Assembly (NCBI GenBank): GCA_965204375.1
Contig: OZ241986.1
Coordinates: 896,001 to 960,000 of the forward strand
Direction of reading: 5' to 3'
DNA: 64,000 bases
Source: Candidatus Latescibacterota bacterium
Lineage (GTDB): Bacteria; Latescibacterota; UBA2968
Position 1 is the stretch's first letter. The number at the start of each line of letters is the position of its first letter. Made by a program: the position numbers and the translations under genes. Under the pieces are notes generated by a model. The model worked only from the letters and a program-made list of their open reading frames with translations. It did not search any database and was not told the origin of the DNA. Shown piece by piece: positions 40,507 to 50,276 of the stretch.

Positions 40507-40665
40507 AAGGAAAAGTTGATGAATTCTCGACGACAGGCTACGCTTTCTGACATCGCCCAGGACGTTGGTGTGAGTACCGCAACCGTATCGCGCGTGCTCG
40601 CAAATGCCCCTGGTCATCGAGTCGGTACGCAAAATGACAATCAAGGAGCAATCTATGTCCAGTAA
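40507..40665 (+). pseudogene. 5' fragment of a homolog of LacI 35389..36402
   Basis: RBS and the first ~36 codons align to 35377-35496 with almost only synonymous differences, then join the sulfatase leader. Confidence 0.88.
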
Positions 40666-42064
40666 TCGTCCCAACATCCTCGTCATCATGTCCGACACCC
40701 ATGCCACCTGGGCAACGGGCTGTTATGGTTCTGAAATTGCCCTTACACCAAACATTGACCGCCTGGCGGCTGAAGGCATTTGCTTTGACCGCGCCTATTC
40801 ACAAAATCCAATCTGTGTACCGTGTCGCCAATCGCTGGTCACCGGCCAATACTCATTCCAATGCGGCGTGCTGCAAAACGACACCCCAATGCCAGAACTC
40901 TATACCATGGCCCACCACCTTGGCAAAGCGGGGTATGACACGGCAGCATTGGGCAAAATGCACTTTATCCCCGACACAGAATCCTCATTGGGCAAGGAAC
41001 GCCATCATGGCTTTACCGACCGCATCGACTACGAAGAATTTTGGCATTACCTCCGCAACGAGCGTGGCTGTCCACCCGTAGAAGGTCACCCCGACGATCC
41101 CTGGCAGGTCATCCACCTCGAACTGATCCAACACGCACTCCAACGCCCACTCATCACGCCCTCGGAAACAGGCGTTCAGGGTAACTGGGGCACATTGCCG
41201 CACGAAGACCATCAAGAATATATGGTTCTAAACGCCTGGGAAGAATATCTCGCACAGGAGCGTGAAAATCCATTTTTTACATTTGTCAGTTTTCAAAGCC
41301 CCCACGGTCCCTCATTGCCAACACCCGAATGTTTAGAACCATTCCTCGGCGACATCCCCCTGCCTGACCCGCCTTTAGAATCCATGTTGCAGCACCCCGT
41401 CTGGCACAAAGCCATACGTAATCTCGACGAAGAGCGACGCCGAGAATGGACCCGATATTATTACGCCTTTGCAAACTACACCGATTGGTGTGTCGGCGAA
41501 GCCCTGCGTTTGCTCGACGAATCTGGTAAGCGTGACAACACACTTGTGATTTATCTTTCCGACCATGGCGATATGGGCTTTAACCACGGCCTTATGGGCA
41601 AAACGCAATTCTACGAAGAATCCGTACGCGTGCCCCTCGTGATGCACAAACCCGACACCATCTCAGCAGGACAACACCACACTGGGCTTGTCGAACTCAT
41701 CGACCTCTTCCCCACATTCTGCGACGTCGCAGGCACCGAACCGCCCGAGCTTTCTGGCCGTTCGCTCTGGTCTGATATCTGCAACCAGAATTACGTGGGC
41801 AAAGATGCGGTCTATTCCGAAAGCTATCCCATGACACGCAACGTCGAAGTCTTTGGCCCGCGCCCACATCGCATGGTGCTCACCGATGAATGGAAACTCA
41901 TTCAATACGGCGACATCTGCGTTGACCTCTTTGATGTACAAAAAGACCAGGACAACCATCACAATCTGGCCAATGACCCGGAGCACAACGCCACAGCAAC
42001 ACAATTGCTTCATCAACTCAACGATCGTTTGGGCCCACTCCCCACAGAGGATGTTTGGCGCTGA
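40655..42064 (+). CDS. Sulfatase (choline-sulfatase-like)
   Basis: PNILVIMSD, CVPCR, LGKMHF and SDHGD motifs; AAGGAG RBS. Confidence 0.92.
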   Translation: MSSNRPNILVIMSDTHATWATGCYGSEIALTPNIDRLAAEGICFDRAYSQNPICVPCRQSLVTGQYSFQCGVLQNDTPMPELYTMAHHLGKAGYDTAALGKMHFIPDTESSLGKERHHGFTDRIDYEEFWHYLRNERGCPPVEGHPDDPWQVIHLELIQHALQRPLITPSETGVQGNWGTLPHEDHQEYMVLNAWEEYLAQERENPFFTFVSFQSPHGPSLPTPECLEPFLGDIPLPDPPLESMLQHPVWHKAIRNLDEERRREWTRYYYAFANYTDWCVGEALRLLDESGKRDNTLVIYLSDHGDMGFNHGLMGKTQFYEESVRVPLVMHKPDTISAGQHHTGLVELIDLFPTFCDVAGTEPPELSGRSLWSDICNQNYVGKDAVYSESYPMTRNVEVFGPRPHRMVLTDEWKLIQYGDICVDLFDVQKDQDNHHNLANDPEHNATATQLLHQLNDRLGPLPTEDVWR

Positions 42065-42121
42065 TGCAGTTTCAAACAGCACATGGCAATGCACACCACA
42101 CAACGTAGAAGGACCTAAGAA

Positions 42122-43126
42122 ATGAAAATCAATAAAGTCGTATTTCCTGGTGCCAACCAGGTCGAATTTCAAGAACACGAAATGGATACTCAAGCGAGTA
42201 AACCGAACGACATATTTTTAAAAACCGAATACAGCGTTGTCAGTGCCGGCACTGAGTGTGCTCTTTTTAGAGGCTCCGAGACCTGGGCAAAGCACCCCAT
42301 CAGCCCCGGTTACGGAGCAGTAGGTAAGGTCGTTTCGGTCGGCGGAGGATTTGAAGACATTAAAGAAGGAGATATGGTATTTACTTACGGCAACCACGGC
42401 AGCTATATCCAGGGAAACAGAATGATAGTTAAAGTACCCGATGGCATCGACCCAAAGTTGGCTGTGGTTGCCAGAATGGCCCAGGTTTCATTCACACCGC
42501 TTCGAGCTTCCGAGGCGATTCTTGGAGATTTCGTAGCAGTCATCGGACAGGGACTGGTGGGTAATATTGCTGCTCAACTTTTTGTTAATAGCGGCTGCAA
42601 GGTCATTGGTATTGACGTGATGGACAGTCGTTTGAAACTGGCTAACGAGTGCGGAATTGATTTCACTATCAATGCTCTGAATGAAAATGTAACGGACAGA
42701 ATTAAGGAAATCACCGGTGGTGCCATGTGTTCCACTGTGGTTGAAGCCAGTGGAATTCCCGACCAATCCTCCGTTGCTGCAGATTGCGCAGGGAAAAAAG
42801 GAGAGGTTATTTTAGTAGGAACTCCAAGAGGAGAGTTCAAAGGAGACACTGTAGAATTTCTTCGAAAAATTCACCTCTGGGAACAAGGCTGCGTTACTTT
42901 CAAAGGGGCTCACGAATGGAAATATCCCGATAAAATTTCTCCGAAGAATGACTATAAAATATCCATTGAAAAAAACATCATGGATTACTTTGACCTGGTC
43001 AAAAAAGGAAAATTAAAAATCGAACCTTTGATCAGCCATGTTGCCGATCCCAAGGACTGCAAAGAAATTTACGAGCAGCTTAACAAGGGAAACCCGGACT
43101 ACTCGGGCGTTGTATTTAAGTGGTAA
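42122..43126 (+). CDS. MDR-family (zinc-binding alcohol dehydrogenase-like) oxidoreductase
   Basis: SAGTE, PGYGAVG, GQGLVG Rossmann motif and VEASG; visibly AT-rich. Confidence 0.85.
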   Translation: MKINKVVFPGANQVEFQEHEMDTQASKPNDIFLKTEYSVVSAGTECALFRGSETWAKHPISPGYGAVGKVVSVGGGFEDIKEGDMVFTYGNHGSYIQGNRMIVKVPDGIDPKLAVVARMAQVSFTPLRASEAILGDFVAVIGQGLVGNIAAQLFVNSGCKVIGIDVMDSRLKLANECGIDFTINALNENVTDRIKEITGGAMCSTVVEASGIPDQSSVAADCAGKKGEVILVGTPRGEFKGDTVEFLRKIHLWEQGCVTFKGAHEWKYPDKISPKNDYKISIEKNIMDYFDLVKKGKLKIEPLISHVADPKDCKEIYEQLNKGNPDYSGVVFKW

Positions 43127-43178
43127 ACGAAGGATTAACCATTTGATGCATCAGAAGGTCTGACCGACAGGAGTTTGA

Positions 43179-44591
43179 ATGAGTTTACCCAACATCATTT
43201 TCATCATCACGGATCAGCAGCGTTACGACACCATCGCGGGTCTCGGCGCTTCGTTCATGCAAACTCCGCACCTGGATCGGCTTGTCAGTGAGGGTGTCAG
43301 TTTTGACCAGTGTCACTGTACTGGTGCTGTTTGCGTGCCCTCACGAGCCAGTCTCTTCAGTATGGAATACCCACACACTGTCCGCAGCTACACAAATAGC
43401 TCACCCTGGCAGCAGTGCTGGGTAGAGGATTTTCAGAAGGTCGGGTACCACACCATCAACGTCGGCAAAATGCACACGAACCCAATCGACGGGGCTTTTG
43501 GCTTCGACCAGCGATACATCGTCGAGAACAAGGATCGAGCACTACCCTACGGCCATCCTCACGGAGGCTTCCTGGACGAATGGGATAAATTCATGCTCAA
43601 CTGCGGCGTCCGGAAGCCATCCCGAGAAACTTACCGTCTAGAGGATCCGAATTGGTCAACTGGGTTAGGTGCATTCGAATGGCCGTTGGAAGAAAAATTC
43701 CATCCGGATACATTTGTAGGCACAATGGCACAATGGGCTGTTGAAACACGCGAAGCGGACACGCCTCTCTTCCTGCAGATCGGATTTCCTGGCCCGCACC
43801 CACCTTACGACCCTCCCAGACGTTTCCTGGACCTTTACGAAAACACTGACATCCCGGTTTCTCTCGTCACCGACGAAGAGCTTGCCGCTCAACCGCCTTA
43901 CCATAAAGCGTATCGCAGCGCTATGATGAAGGGACATCCCGACGCCGTGAAGTGGCATGAAAGACCGTCGGAAGCACAGCTGCTCAGACTCTGGAAGCAT
44001 TATGCTGCCAACGTCACCCTCATCGACGAGCAGGTCGGCCAAATCCTTTCCTCTCTTGAGAATAATGGATATCTCGAAGACGCCATTGTCGTATTCATGT
44101 CCGATCATGGTGATTGCTTAGGCGATCACGGTCATACCCAGAAGTGGACGATGTACGATGCCGTCACCCGAGTCCCGGCAATCGTGTGGGCACCCGGCAA
44201 GCTACCCGAGGGAAAGCGTACAAACGCTCTCATTCAGCACATGGATCTGGTTCCCTTGCTATTTGAGCTTGCAGGGGTTGATCAACCCGACCATTCAGGC
44301 GCCCAATCGGCTCTGCCCGTTGCTCTGGGCGAATCTGACGGACGTGATGCCGTATTCGCGGAGCTGGCCGGTCGGGGAAGCAATGCGTATCTCAACATGG
44401 TTCGCACCCAAGACTGGAAGTTGGTGCATTATCTCGACCATTCTGATTTCGGAGAGCTTTACAACCTGAATGCGGATCCGTCCGAAATTCACAATCTCTG
44501 GACACAGCCGGAATACGACCCCACCAAAACAGAGCTGCTGAAAATCCTACGTGAGTGGCATCTCCGTCAATCGGCAATTTATAGGGGGTAA
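43179..44591 (+). CDS. Sulfatase
   Basis: ITDQQR, CVPSR, VGKMH, GPHPPY and SDHGD motifs. Confidence 0.93.
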   Translation: MSLPNIIFIITDQQRYDTIAGLGASFMQTPHLDRLVSEGVSFDQCHCTGAVCVPSRASLFSMEYPHTVRSYTNSSPWQQCWVEDFQKVGYHTINVGKMHTNPIDGAFGFDQRYIVENKDRALPYGHPHGGFLDEWDKFMLNCGVRKPSRETYRLEDPNWSTGLGAFEWPLEEKFHPDTFVGTMAQWAVETREADTPLFLQIGFPGPHPPYDPPRRFLDLYENTDIPVSLVTDEELAAQPPYHKAYRSAMMKGHPDAVKWHERPSEAQLLRLWKHYAANVTLIDEQVGQILSSLENNGYLEDAIVVFMSDHGDCLGDHGHTQKWTMYDAVTRVPAIVWAPGKLPEGKRTNALIQHMDLVPLLFELAGVDQPDHSGAQSALPVALGESDGRDAVFAELAGRGSNAYLNMVRTQDWKLVHYLDHSDFGELYNLNADPSEIHNLWTQPEYDPTKTELLKILREWHLRQSAIYRG

Positions 44592-44716
44592 AATCAGAGA
44601 AACTGCGGGAAAGCATGATTTTGAAAGCCACGCGTGCATTTCTCGATCCAAACCGGTTTTCCGTTCCAATTCATGACGAAAAATTAGTTTAAACAAGGTA
44701 AAGGAGTTTGCATAAC

Positions 44717-44872
44717 ATGAAACAACGCCAATTTGTCCAACCTGCCGTGGCAAGTGGTGCCAGTCTATCCGGAGAGAACAGTGCTTTAGGAGCCGCGCCC
44801 CCGGTCAGCTCGATGATTGCTGAAGAAATCGATCTGGGAAAACCCATCCTTACGCCGTTTCCACTACGTTAG
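44717..44872 (+). pseudogene. Chimeric remnant: orphan start with a degenerate Tat-like signal
   Basis: AAGGAG RBS then MKQRQFVQPAVASGASL, running into the 39-bp repeat and the antisense of the convergent gene. Confidence 0.4.
44813..44851 (-). repeat. 39-bp internal fragment of a homolog of 50277..51746
   Basis: 38/39 match to 50340-50378, the mismatch being synonymous (GGG/GGC); abuts the PhyH stop codon. Confidence 0.88.
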
Positions 44873-45596
44873 GACGGCGGGCGGATGGGGGCGTGAGAAC
44901 GCGCTTTTGTTGCTCGGTCAGGTCTTCGTAGTCGTCGTGATTGTAGTATATTGACGCGTAGGAAACGTGGCCGGGGGTGAATTTGTAGAGTAGGGTTCTG
45001 CGTTCGTTTTCAGCAGTCCAGGGCAAGGTGCCGTGCATCGTCGCTTCTGTGAAGATGAGGGCGTCGCCTGTTTCTGCACTTGGATTGGCGAGGTAGTGAG
45101 GAATGCACTTAAAGGAGCGAACCTCTTCGGGGACGTTGAGGGCAAAATTGGATTTGTGTGAACCGGGTACGCAGCAGAATCCGCCAGAACCTGGGGGGGC
45201 GGGTGCAAGGAAGTAAACGACTACGGTCAAGCCATTGCGCATGACGCCGTCGCGATATTTGTAATAGTGCGTGCCTGCACGATGGTCCCCACCATGGAGG
45301 CCACCTTTGCGCCCGCCTTGACGCATAAAGATGCCGTAGTCGTGGTCGGCACGAAATTGGGGACCGAGGAGTTCGCTGAGGTAAGGAATCATGTTGGGGT
45401 GGTCAAACAGATTTTGGAAGGGTTTGCCCCAGAGCGAGACTCTGCGGGGAATCTTGAGTCCGTTACTCATTTCCTCCTGGTCAGCCATTTTTTGATCGGC
45501 AATTGCATTGAGTTCATCTACTTCGGCTTGAGAGAGTACATTTTTGACAACGATGTATCCTTGCAGGTCAAATATGAATTTTTCTTCGGGTGTCAT
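44850..45596 (-). CDS. PhyH-like Fe/2OG oxygenase
   Basis: DLQGYIVVKNVL, GLHGG, GGFCCVPGSHK, GDALIFTEATMHGT and RR motifs. Confidence 0.85.
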   Translation of the reverse strand: MTPEEKFIFDLQGYIVVKNVLSQAEVDELNAIADQKMADQEEMSNGLKIPRRVSLWGKPFQNLFDHPNMIPYLSELLGPQFRADHDYGIFMRQGGRKGGLHGGDHRAGTHYYKYRDGVMRNGLTVVVYFLAPAPPGSGGFCCVPGSHKSNFALNVPEEVRSFKCIPHYLANPSAETGDALIFTEATMHGTLPWTAENERRTLLYKFTPGHVSYASIYYNHDDYEDLTEQQKRVLTPPSARRPNVVETA

Positions 45597-45702
45597 GGAG
45601 AATCTCCCTTTGTTTGACAACAAACAGCATAAACGATGGCGTCACATTCGGTGCCCCATTTTTTGTAAACAAACTCCGATGTAATGTCCCAATTCAAAAC
45701 CA

Positions 45703-47187
45703 TCATACCCTGTCAGCCCCGCCGAGAAGCTGCTCTCTGGTCATTACCTTGACAGGTGGCAGGTTATCGACCATTCCCGCGTCCGTGCGTCGAAGCTCAT
45801 CAATGGTCCCTTGCCGAAGTTGGGCGAGCAACTCGTGGTAATCGGATTCCAAAGCGAGGTTTTCCAGTTCCTCAGGATCATTCTCGAGATCGTACATCTC
45901 TTCGATCTCCCCGGGGACGAGCCAGCGGATATATTTGTACTTTCCCGTGCACAGAGATACCCACCAGGGGATAGGAGGATTGCCTATTGGCTCACCACAG
46001 CCGACATCGGTGTCTTCCCCAAAATAATGACCTGTACACTCCATCAGCAGCGGGCGATCCCATTCGGCGTTGGGGTCGGAGAGCAATGGTGTCAGGTCCT
46101 CCCCGTGCATCTTCCAGGGTTGTTCCATGCCGATCAACGAGAGAAAGGTCGGTGGGATATCCTGGCCGCCGATTGGCACATCGCATACTGTGCCTGCAGG
46201 AATCCGTCCCGGCATCCGCATGATCATCGGCGCTTTGATATTGGCATCATAGGGCGCCACCTTGAGTCGAAAGCCGTGCTGTCCCCAGGCAAATCCCTGG
46301 TCCGACGTAAAGACGACCAGGGTATCATCCAATTGCCCCATCTCCTCTATGGCGCCGATCACCCTACCAACCCCTTCATCCAGGGCGCGCACGCCCCGGT
46401 TGTATTGTTGTTCCCAATCGGTGAGGGTCCGTCCATCCCGAATGCCTACCGGTTGGCCCTGATCGCCCTCGCGCCAAACACCATAGTCCCGCATATGTGT
46501 CGCCTTGGTCGGGCGCGGCGGATAGATGTCTTCTGGCGTGGGGACCTGGGGAACATCTGGATAATCCTGGAGATGGCGGTCAGCCACTTCCCAGGGTCCG
46601 TGTACTGCGTCATAGCACAGCCAGAGGTGCCAGGGCTTATCCGGTTCCTCTGCCCGTCCACGGAGAAATTCAAGTGCATACTCCGTGTAGTTATCGGTAG
46701 AATAGCCGCCAACCGGTTCCGGCGGCCCCCCGTTGATGCTCATGTTCTGATTGACATAATAGGGCCCGTATTTCTCGGGTTGGCTGTGGTCCCAGATGGC
46801 AGAAAAATCCCAGTACCGACCGTGACCATGATCGGGACCTGTGTGCCATTTGCCGACGATGCCTGTGTACCAACCGTTCTCACGGAGATTCTCGAGCCAG
46901 TACGGACACTGGTCTGGATCACGGACATAGTTTGGGTAGCTCGAGGGCAGGTGCATGCTCATCACGCCATGCGGCAATTTTCCGGTCAGGTACGTGGCGC
47001 GTGAAGGCGCACACCAGGCACTGGTATAGCAGTTGGAAAAACGCATCCCCTCATGGGCGAGGCGATCGATGTTTGGCGTACTGATCCACGAATGCGCCTC
47101 GGGATAGCAACTCACAGACCGAAAGCTCTGATCGTCGGTGAAGATGTATAAAATGTTGCGCGGACAGTTCGATTGATCATCGTTCAT
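45703..47187 (-). CDS. Sulfatase
   Basis: FTDDQ, CAPSR, VGKWH, SDQG and MYDLENDP motifs. Confidence 0.92.
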   Translation of the reverse strand: MNDDQSNCPRNILYIFTDDQSFRSVSCYPEAHSWISTPNIDRLAHEGMRFSNCYTSAWCAPSRATYLTGKLPHGVMSMHLPSSYPNYVRDPDQCPYWLENLRENGWYTGIVGKWHTGPDHGHGRYWDFSAIWDHSQPEKYGPYYVNQNMSINGGPPEPVGGYSTDNYTEYALEFLRGRAEEPDKPWHLWLCYDAVHGPWEVADRHLQDYPDVPQVPTPEDIYPPRPTKATHMRDYGVWREGDQGQPVGIRDGRTLTDWEQQYNRGVRALDEGVGRVIGAIEEMGQLDDTLVVFTSDQGFAWGQHGFRLKVAPYDANIKAPMIMRMPGRIPAGTVCDVPIGGQDIPPTFLSLIGMEQPWKMHGEDLTPLLSDPNAEWDRPLLMECTGHYFGEDTDVGCGEPIGNPPIPWWVSLCTGKYKYIRWLVPGEIEEMYDLENDPEELENLALESDYHELLAQLRQGTIDELRRTDAGMVDNLPPVKVMTREQLLGGADRV

Positions 47188-47247
47188 TTTGATTCTCCGT
47201 AATCTATGGTCAGGTAACCAGACCGTGGTTCGCTTCTATTTTCTCGA

Positions 47248-48315
47248 TTAGACCTCAGAGCCTGCAACAGTGCGAACGGCCTCGCTCCAGTCATCCCAAA
47301 GCCCCGGACCCTCTGAGCGAGGCTCTGGTGGTGGGACTTCTTGCCCGAGTTCAAGTCCATGGAGTTTCCTCACATTAGGCGGTGGCGATGGTCGTGGCCC
47401 TTTGACATAACGGCCGTTGTATGCTCTGTCATATACAGACTTTTTGTACGCATCATAAAGAATCATCTGTCGAATCTGCGGAGGGTTGCTGTAGTTCCGC
47501 GTTGCCGAGTGGAACATGCGTCCGTGCCACAAGACCACATCTCCCTCGTCACCAAAGAACTCAAAGGGTTCAATGTTGGCGAGAGCGTCCTTGAGACCTG
47601 GAGGCTGTGGCAGCACGAATGCCGCAGCGCCACTTTCTGGATGGGGTGCGTGCAGGATCGAATAGCGGGCGAGATCTACGGAATCTGGCTCTGCTTCGTA
47701 GAGCAAGCGGTGACTGCCGGGAAAAAGGGCGATGCCACCTCCACCCTGGGGAACCTGGTCAACGTATGCGCTTGCCACCAGATGCACCGGCTCGGGATCA
47801 ATGTGTGCACCGGCACGGATGGCATCCGCCAGAGCAGGTGAGTCGCTCGGACGCTCTCTCGGCAGCACGCAATACATACCGCGCAATTCCTTGCCACCCC
47901 AGACCGGCCAACCACGCAACCGACTTCCACGCGGATCTGGATCGGCCGCGGAGGAAGTTACCTCTGGTGTCACAACTTCACCTTCGCCGAGAAGTTGCTC
48001 AAACCAGGGGAATACGCGGCGTGGAAGCAAGTTGATCAGGTCCTCGTCGCCGGAGAGTTCACGCAGTCGCCAGCCGTGGTCACCAGTGCGATCATTCATG
48101 CCATCAGGCGTGCTTTGACGATCTGCCTCCGGGAGACCGTTTAGCCAGGTTTGAGGATCGTCTCGGCGCAAATGACTTGAGGTGTTTCCTGCCCACAGCC
48201 TGTCCCGCGCTGCAGCACAAAGTTTGGGGTCGAGAATATTTCGTTTAACGAGGAATCCGTTCGTAATAAATTGTTGGATATCTTCCGTGCTCAGTGGTGT
48301 CAATGCTGTGTTCAT
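47248..48315 (-). CDS. PhyH-like Fe/2OG oxygenase
   Basis: FITNGFLV, HID, GGIALFPGSH and GDVVLWHGRMFHSA motifs. Confidence 0.8.
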   Translation of the reverse strand: MNTALTPLSTEDIQQFITNGFLVKRNILDPKLCAAARDRLWAGNTSSHLRRDDPQTWLNGLPEADRQSTPDGMNDRTGDHGWRLRELSGDEDLINLLPRRVFPWFEQLLGEGEVVTPEVTSSAADPDPRGSRLRGWPVWGGKELRGMYCVLPRERPSDSPALADAIRAGAHIDPEPVHLVASAYVDQVPQGGGGIALFPGSHRLLYEAEPDSVDLARYSILHAPHPESGAAAFVLPQPPGLKDALANIEPFEFFGDEGDVVLWHGRMFHSATRNYSNPPQIRQMILYDAYKKSVYDRAYNGRYVKGPRPSPPPNVRKLHGLELGQEVPPPEPRSEGPGLWDDWSEAVRTVAGSEV

Positions 48316-48458
48316 GGAAATAAGCCTTCTTTCTTCAATACTGAACCATTGTTTGTTCTCCTGACTTCTAATTAATACGAAAAAAAGAGTTGGATTTCAA
48401 CAATTCTTAAAAGACAGGTACTTACGGAAGGCGATATATGTTATTTGGGGCTGGGGTA

Positions 48459-48480
48459 TCAAATCCCTCCGCTCCGACCA
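48459..48480 (+). tRNA. 3' fragment of a tRNA (Pro-like), att-like remnant
   Basis: TCAAATCCCTCCGCTCCGACCA is a T-loop-to-CCA end typical of tRNA-Pro; no 5' part. Confidence 0.6.
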
Positions 48481-48482
48481 AT

Positions 48483-48523
48483 ACAAAAGGGGTTACGAGT
48501 TTGAATCTTGTAGCCCCTTTTGT
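48483..48523. terminator. Bidirectional terminator-like hairpin after the tRNA fragment
   Basis: ACAAAAGGGGTTACGAG...CTTGTAGCCCCTTTTGT. Confidence 0.65.
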
Positions 48524-48684
48524 TATGTGTAGGACTGTGGTAGAAATTGGGACTTTGCTCGGAAATCACCCTGAACAAATTCGCTTGCTTCATGTCCGTC
48601 CCTTTGTGTAGTATGCATCCGGATCGTGCCCTTGGACACCAGCAGTAGTTTTGGTGATTTCAAATACATTGAGGAGGAAGAAAA

Positions 48685-50229
48685 ATGAAAGCAAGACCAT
48701 TCAAAGGTGCGAAGATAGGCAAGGCTCTGACCATTGCGTTGCTATTGGCTTTGACCGCGGGCAACGTCGCTGCCCAAAGCCCCACCGAGCTGCCGGCCAA
48801 AGATTTGAGCGCGATTGATTTGTCAAAATCGGAAGGTGCTAAATACTTTCTCATAGTAAAGGCTTATGCCGATTATATGATTACCCACGGGCGCGACCGT
48901 TACGGAACAGAACATTCGCCTCTTTTTGCCACAACGCTTAACCGGGAAACCGGAAATGTATATCGCGAAAATCCTCCCGATGCACCCAAAGGTATCCGCA
49001 ATGGCGATCGCACTTGGCGTGGTTCAAATACGTCAAAAGATAATGGTTTATACAGCATACTTTATCATTTGACAGAAATCACCGGAGATGACAAGTATGC
49101 ACAGGAAGCGGATAAAGCAATCAAATGGTTTTTTGCCAACTGCCAAAGTCCTGAAACAGGATTTATGGCCTGGGGAGAACACATCGGTTGGGATTTTTTT
49201 ACAGAGGCGCCTATTAAAATGGGTACTCGATCTTTGATACACGAGTACAAAATTTTCAATTATTGGGACAAGGTGTGGGAATTTAATCCGGAAGCTGCTG
49301 AAAAGTTTGCACTGGGATTATGGGAACACCAGATTTATGCGCACGAAGGACCAGAAGCGGGTGAGTTTAGCCGACATGCCAGTTATGACACACATAGTCC
49401 TGGAAAAGGAAGAGCTTTTCCCGCACATGGCGGCAATTATATCTATGTTTGGACAAAAGCATATCGGGAAACTGGCAAAGAAGTTTTTTTAACCGCCATT
49501 GAAACCGTATTGAATTATTATGAGCGAAATACAACAGATAAAGGTGCGATCTTATATGCATCAGATTTTCCTGAGCAATATTCTTTGAAACAAAGTATGA
49601 ATCTGGCATCCAATCTTTATCGCGCAAAGGATTTTATGCCCGCAGACCTTGCAAATAGGATGAAGAAATTGTCGGAAGGAACAGATTCTTTGTATTTAAG
49701 TTTTGATCACGATCCATCAAAAGACGGAAAAGGATTTCTTGAATCTGCCAATCTTATGACCCTTGTACCGGGGAATTTTCGGAGGTCAAGTACTGGAACG
49801 GATGCCTGGACTGAAATGTGGTCGGCTGGTTATGGGGTGGGATCGGGAAGTGCCGGGCAGGCAAACAAATGTTATACGCGGTATAAACTAACAGGTATTG
49901 AAGGCTATAGAATCCTTTTTATGAAATCGGTGAATGCCTATTACAACGAAGATCCTCCGCCGTCAGCAGTACTTTATCCCAGCAATTATTCCAGCATATT
50001 TAATACGATGATGAATGCGTATGAATTAACAGGGGCAGAACGTTTTTTAAGCAAAGCAAAAACGTATATGGACTTATCGGTAGAAACTTTTTTGAGTGAT
50101 CAATCACCTCTACCAAAAGCATCAAACCAAAGTGAACATTATGAAGCCATAACAGGTGGCCCAGAATTAATGGAAAATATGCTGCGTTTATGGATGGTAA
50201 TGAACCCTCAGGATCGTACTGGCGAATAG
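48685..50229 (+). CDS. Secreted alpha/alpha-toroid protein, distantly pectate lyase PL2-like
   Basis: Signal peptide; GRDRYG..HSPLF, TGFMAWGEH and FPAHGG motifs; GAGGAGG RBS; visibly AT-rich. Confidence 0.5.
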   Translation: MKARPFKGAKIGKALTIALLLALTAGNVAAQSPTELPAKDLSAIDLSKSEGAKYFLIVKAYADYMITHGRDRYGTEHSPLFATTLNRETGNVYRENPPDAPKGIRNGDRTWRGSNTSKDNGLYSILYHLTEITGDDKYAQEADKAIKWFFANCQSPETGFMAWGEHIGWDFFTEAPIKMGTRSLIHEYKIFNYWDKVWEFNPEAAEKFALGLWEHQIYAHEGPEAGEFSRHASYDTHSPGKGRAFPAHGGNYIYVWTKAYRETGKEVFLTAIETVLNYYERNTTDKGAILYASDFPEQYSLKQSMNLASNLYRAKDFMPADLANRMKKLSEGTDSLYLSFDHDPSKDGKGFLESANLMTLVPGNFRRSSTGTDAWTEMWSAGYGVGSGSAGQANKCYTRYKLTGIEGYRILFMKSVNAYYNEDPPPSAVLYPSNYSSIFNTMMNAYELTGAERFLSKAKTYMDLSVETFLSDQSPLPKASNQSEHYEAITGGPELMENMLRLWMVMNPQDRTGE

Positions 50230-50276
50230 AGCTATTATGAAAATCCTATGCCAAATTGGGTCGCAAATCCATCAGC

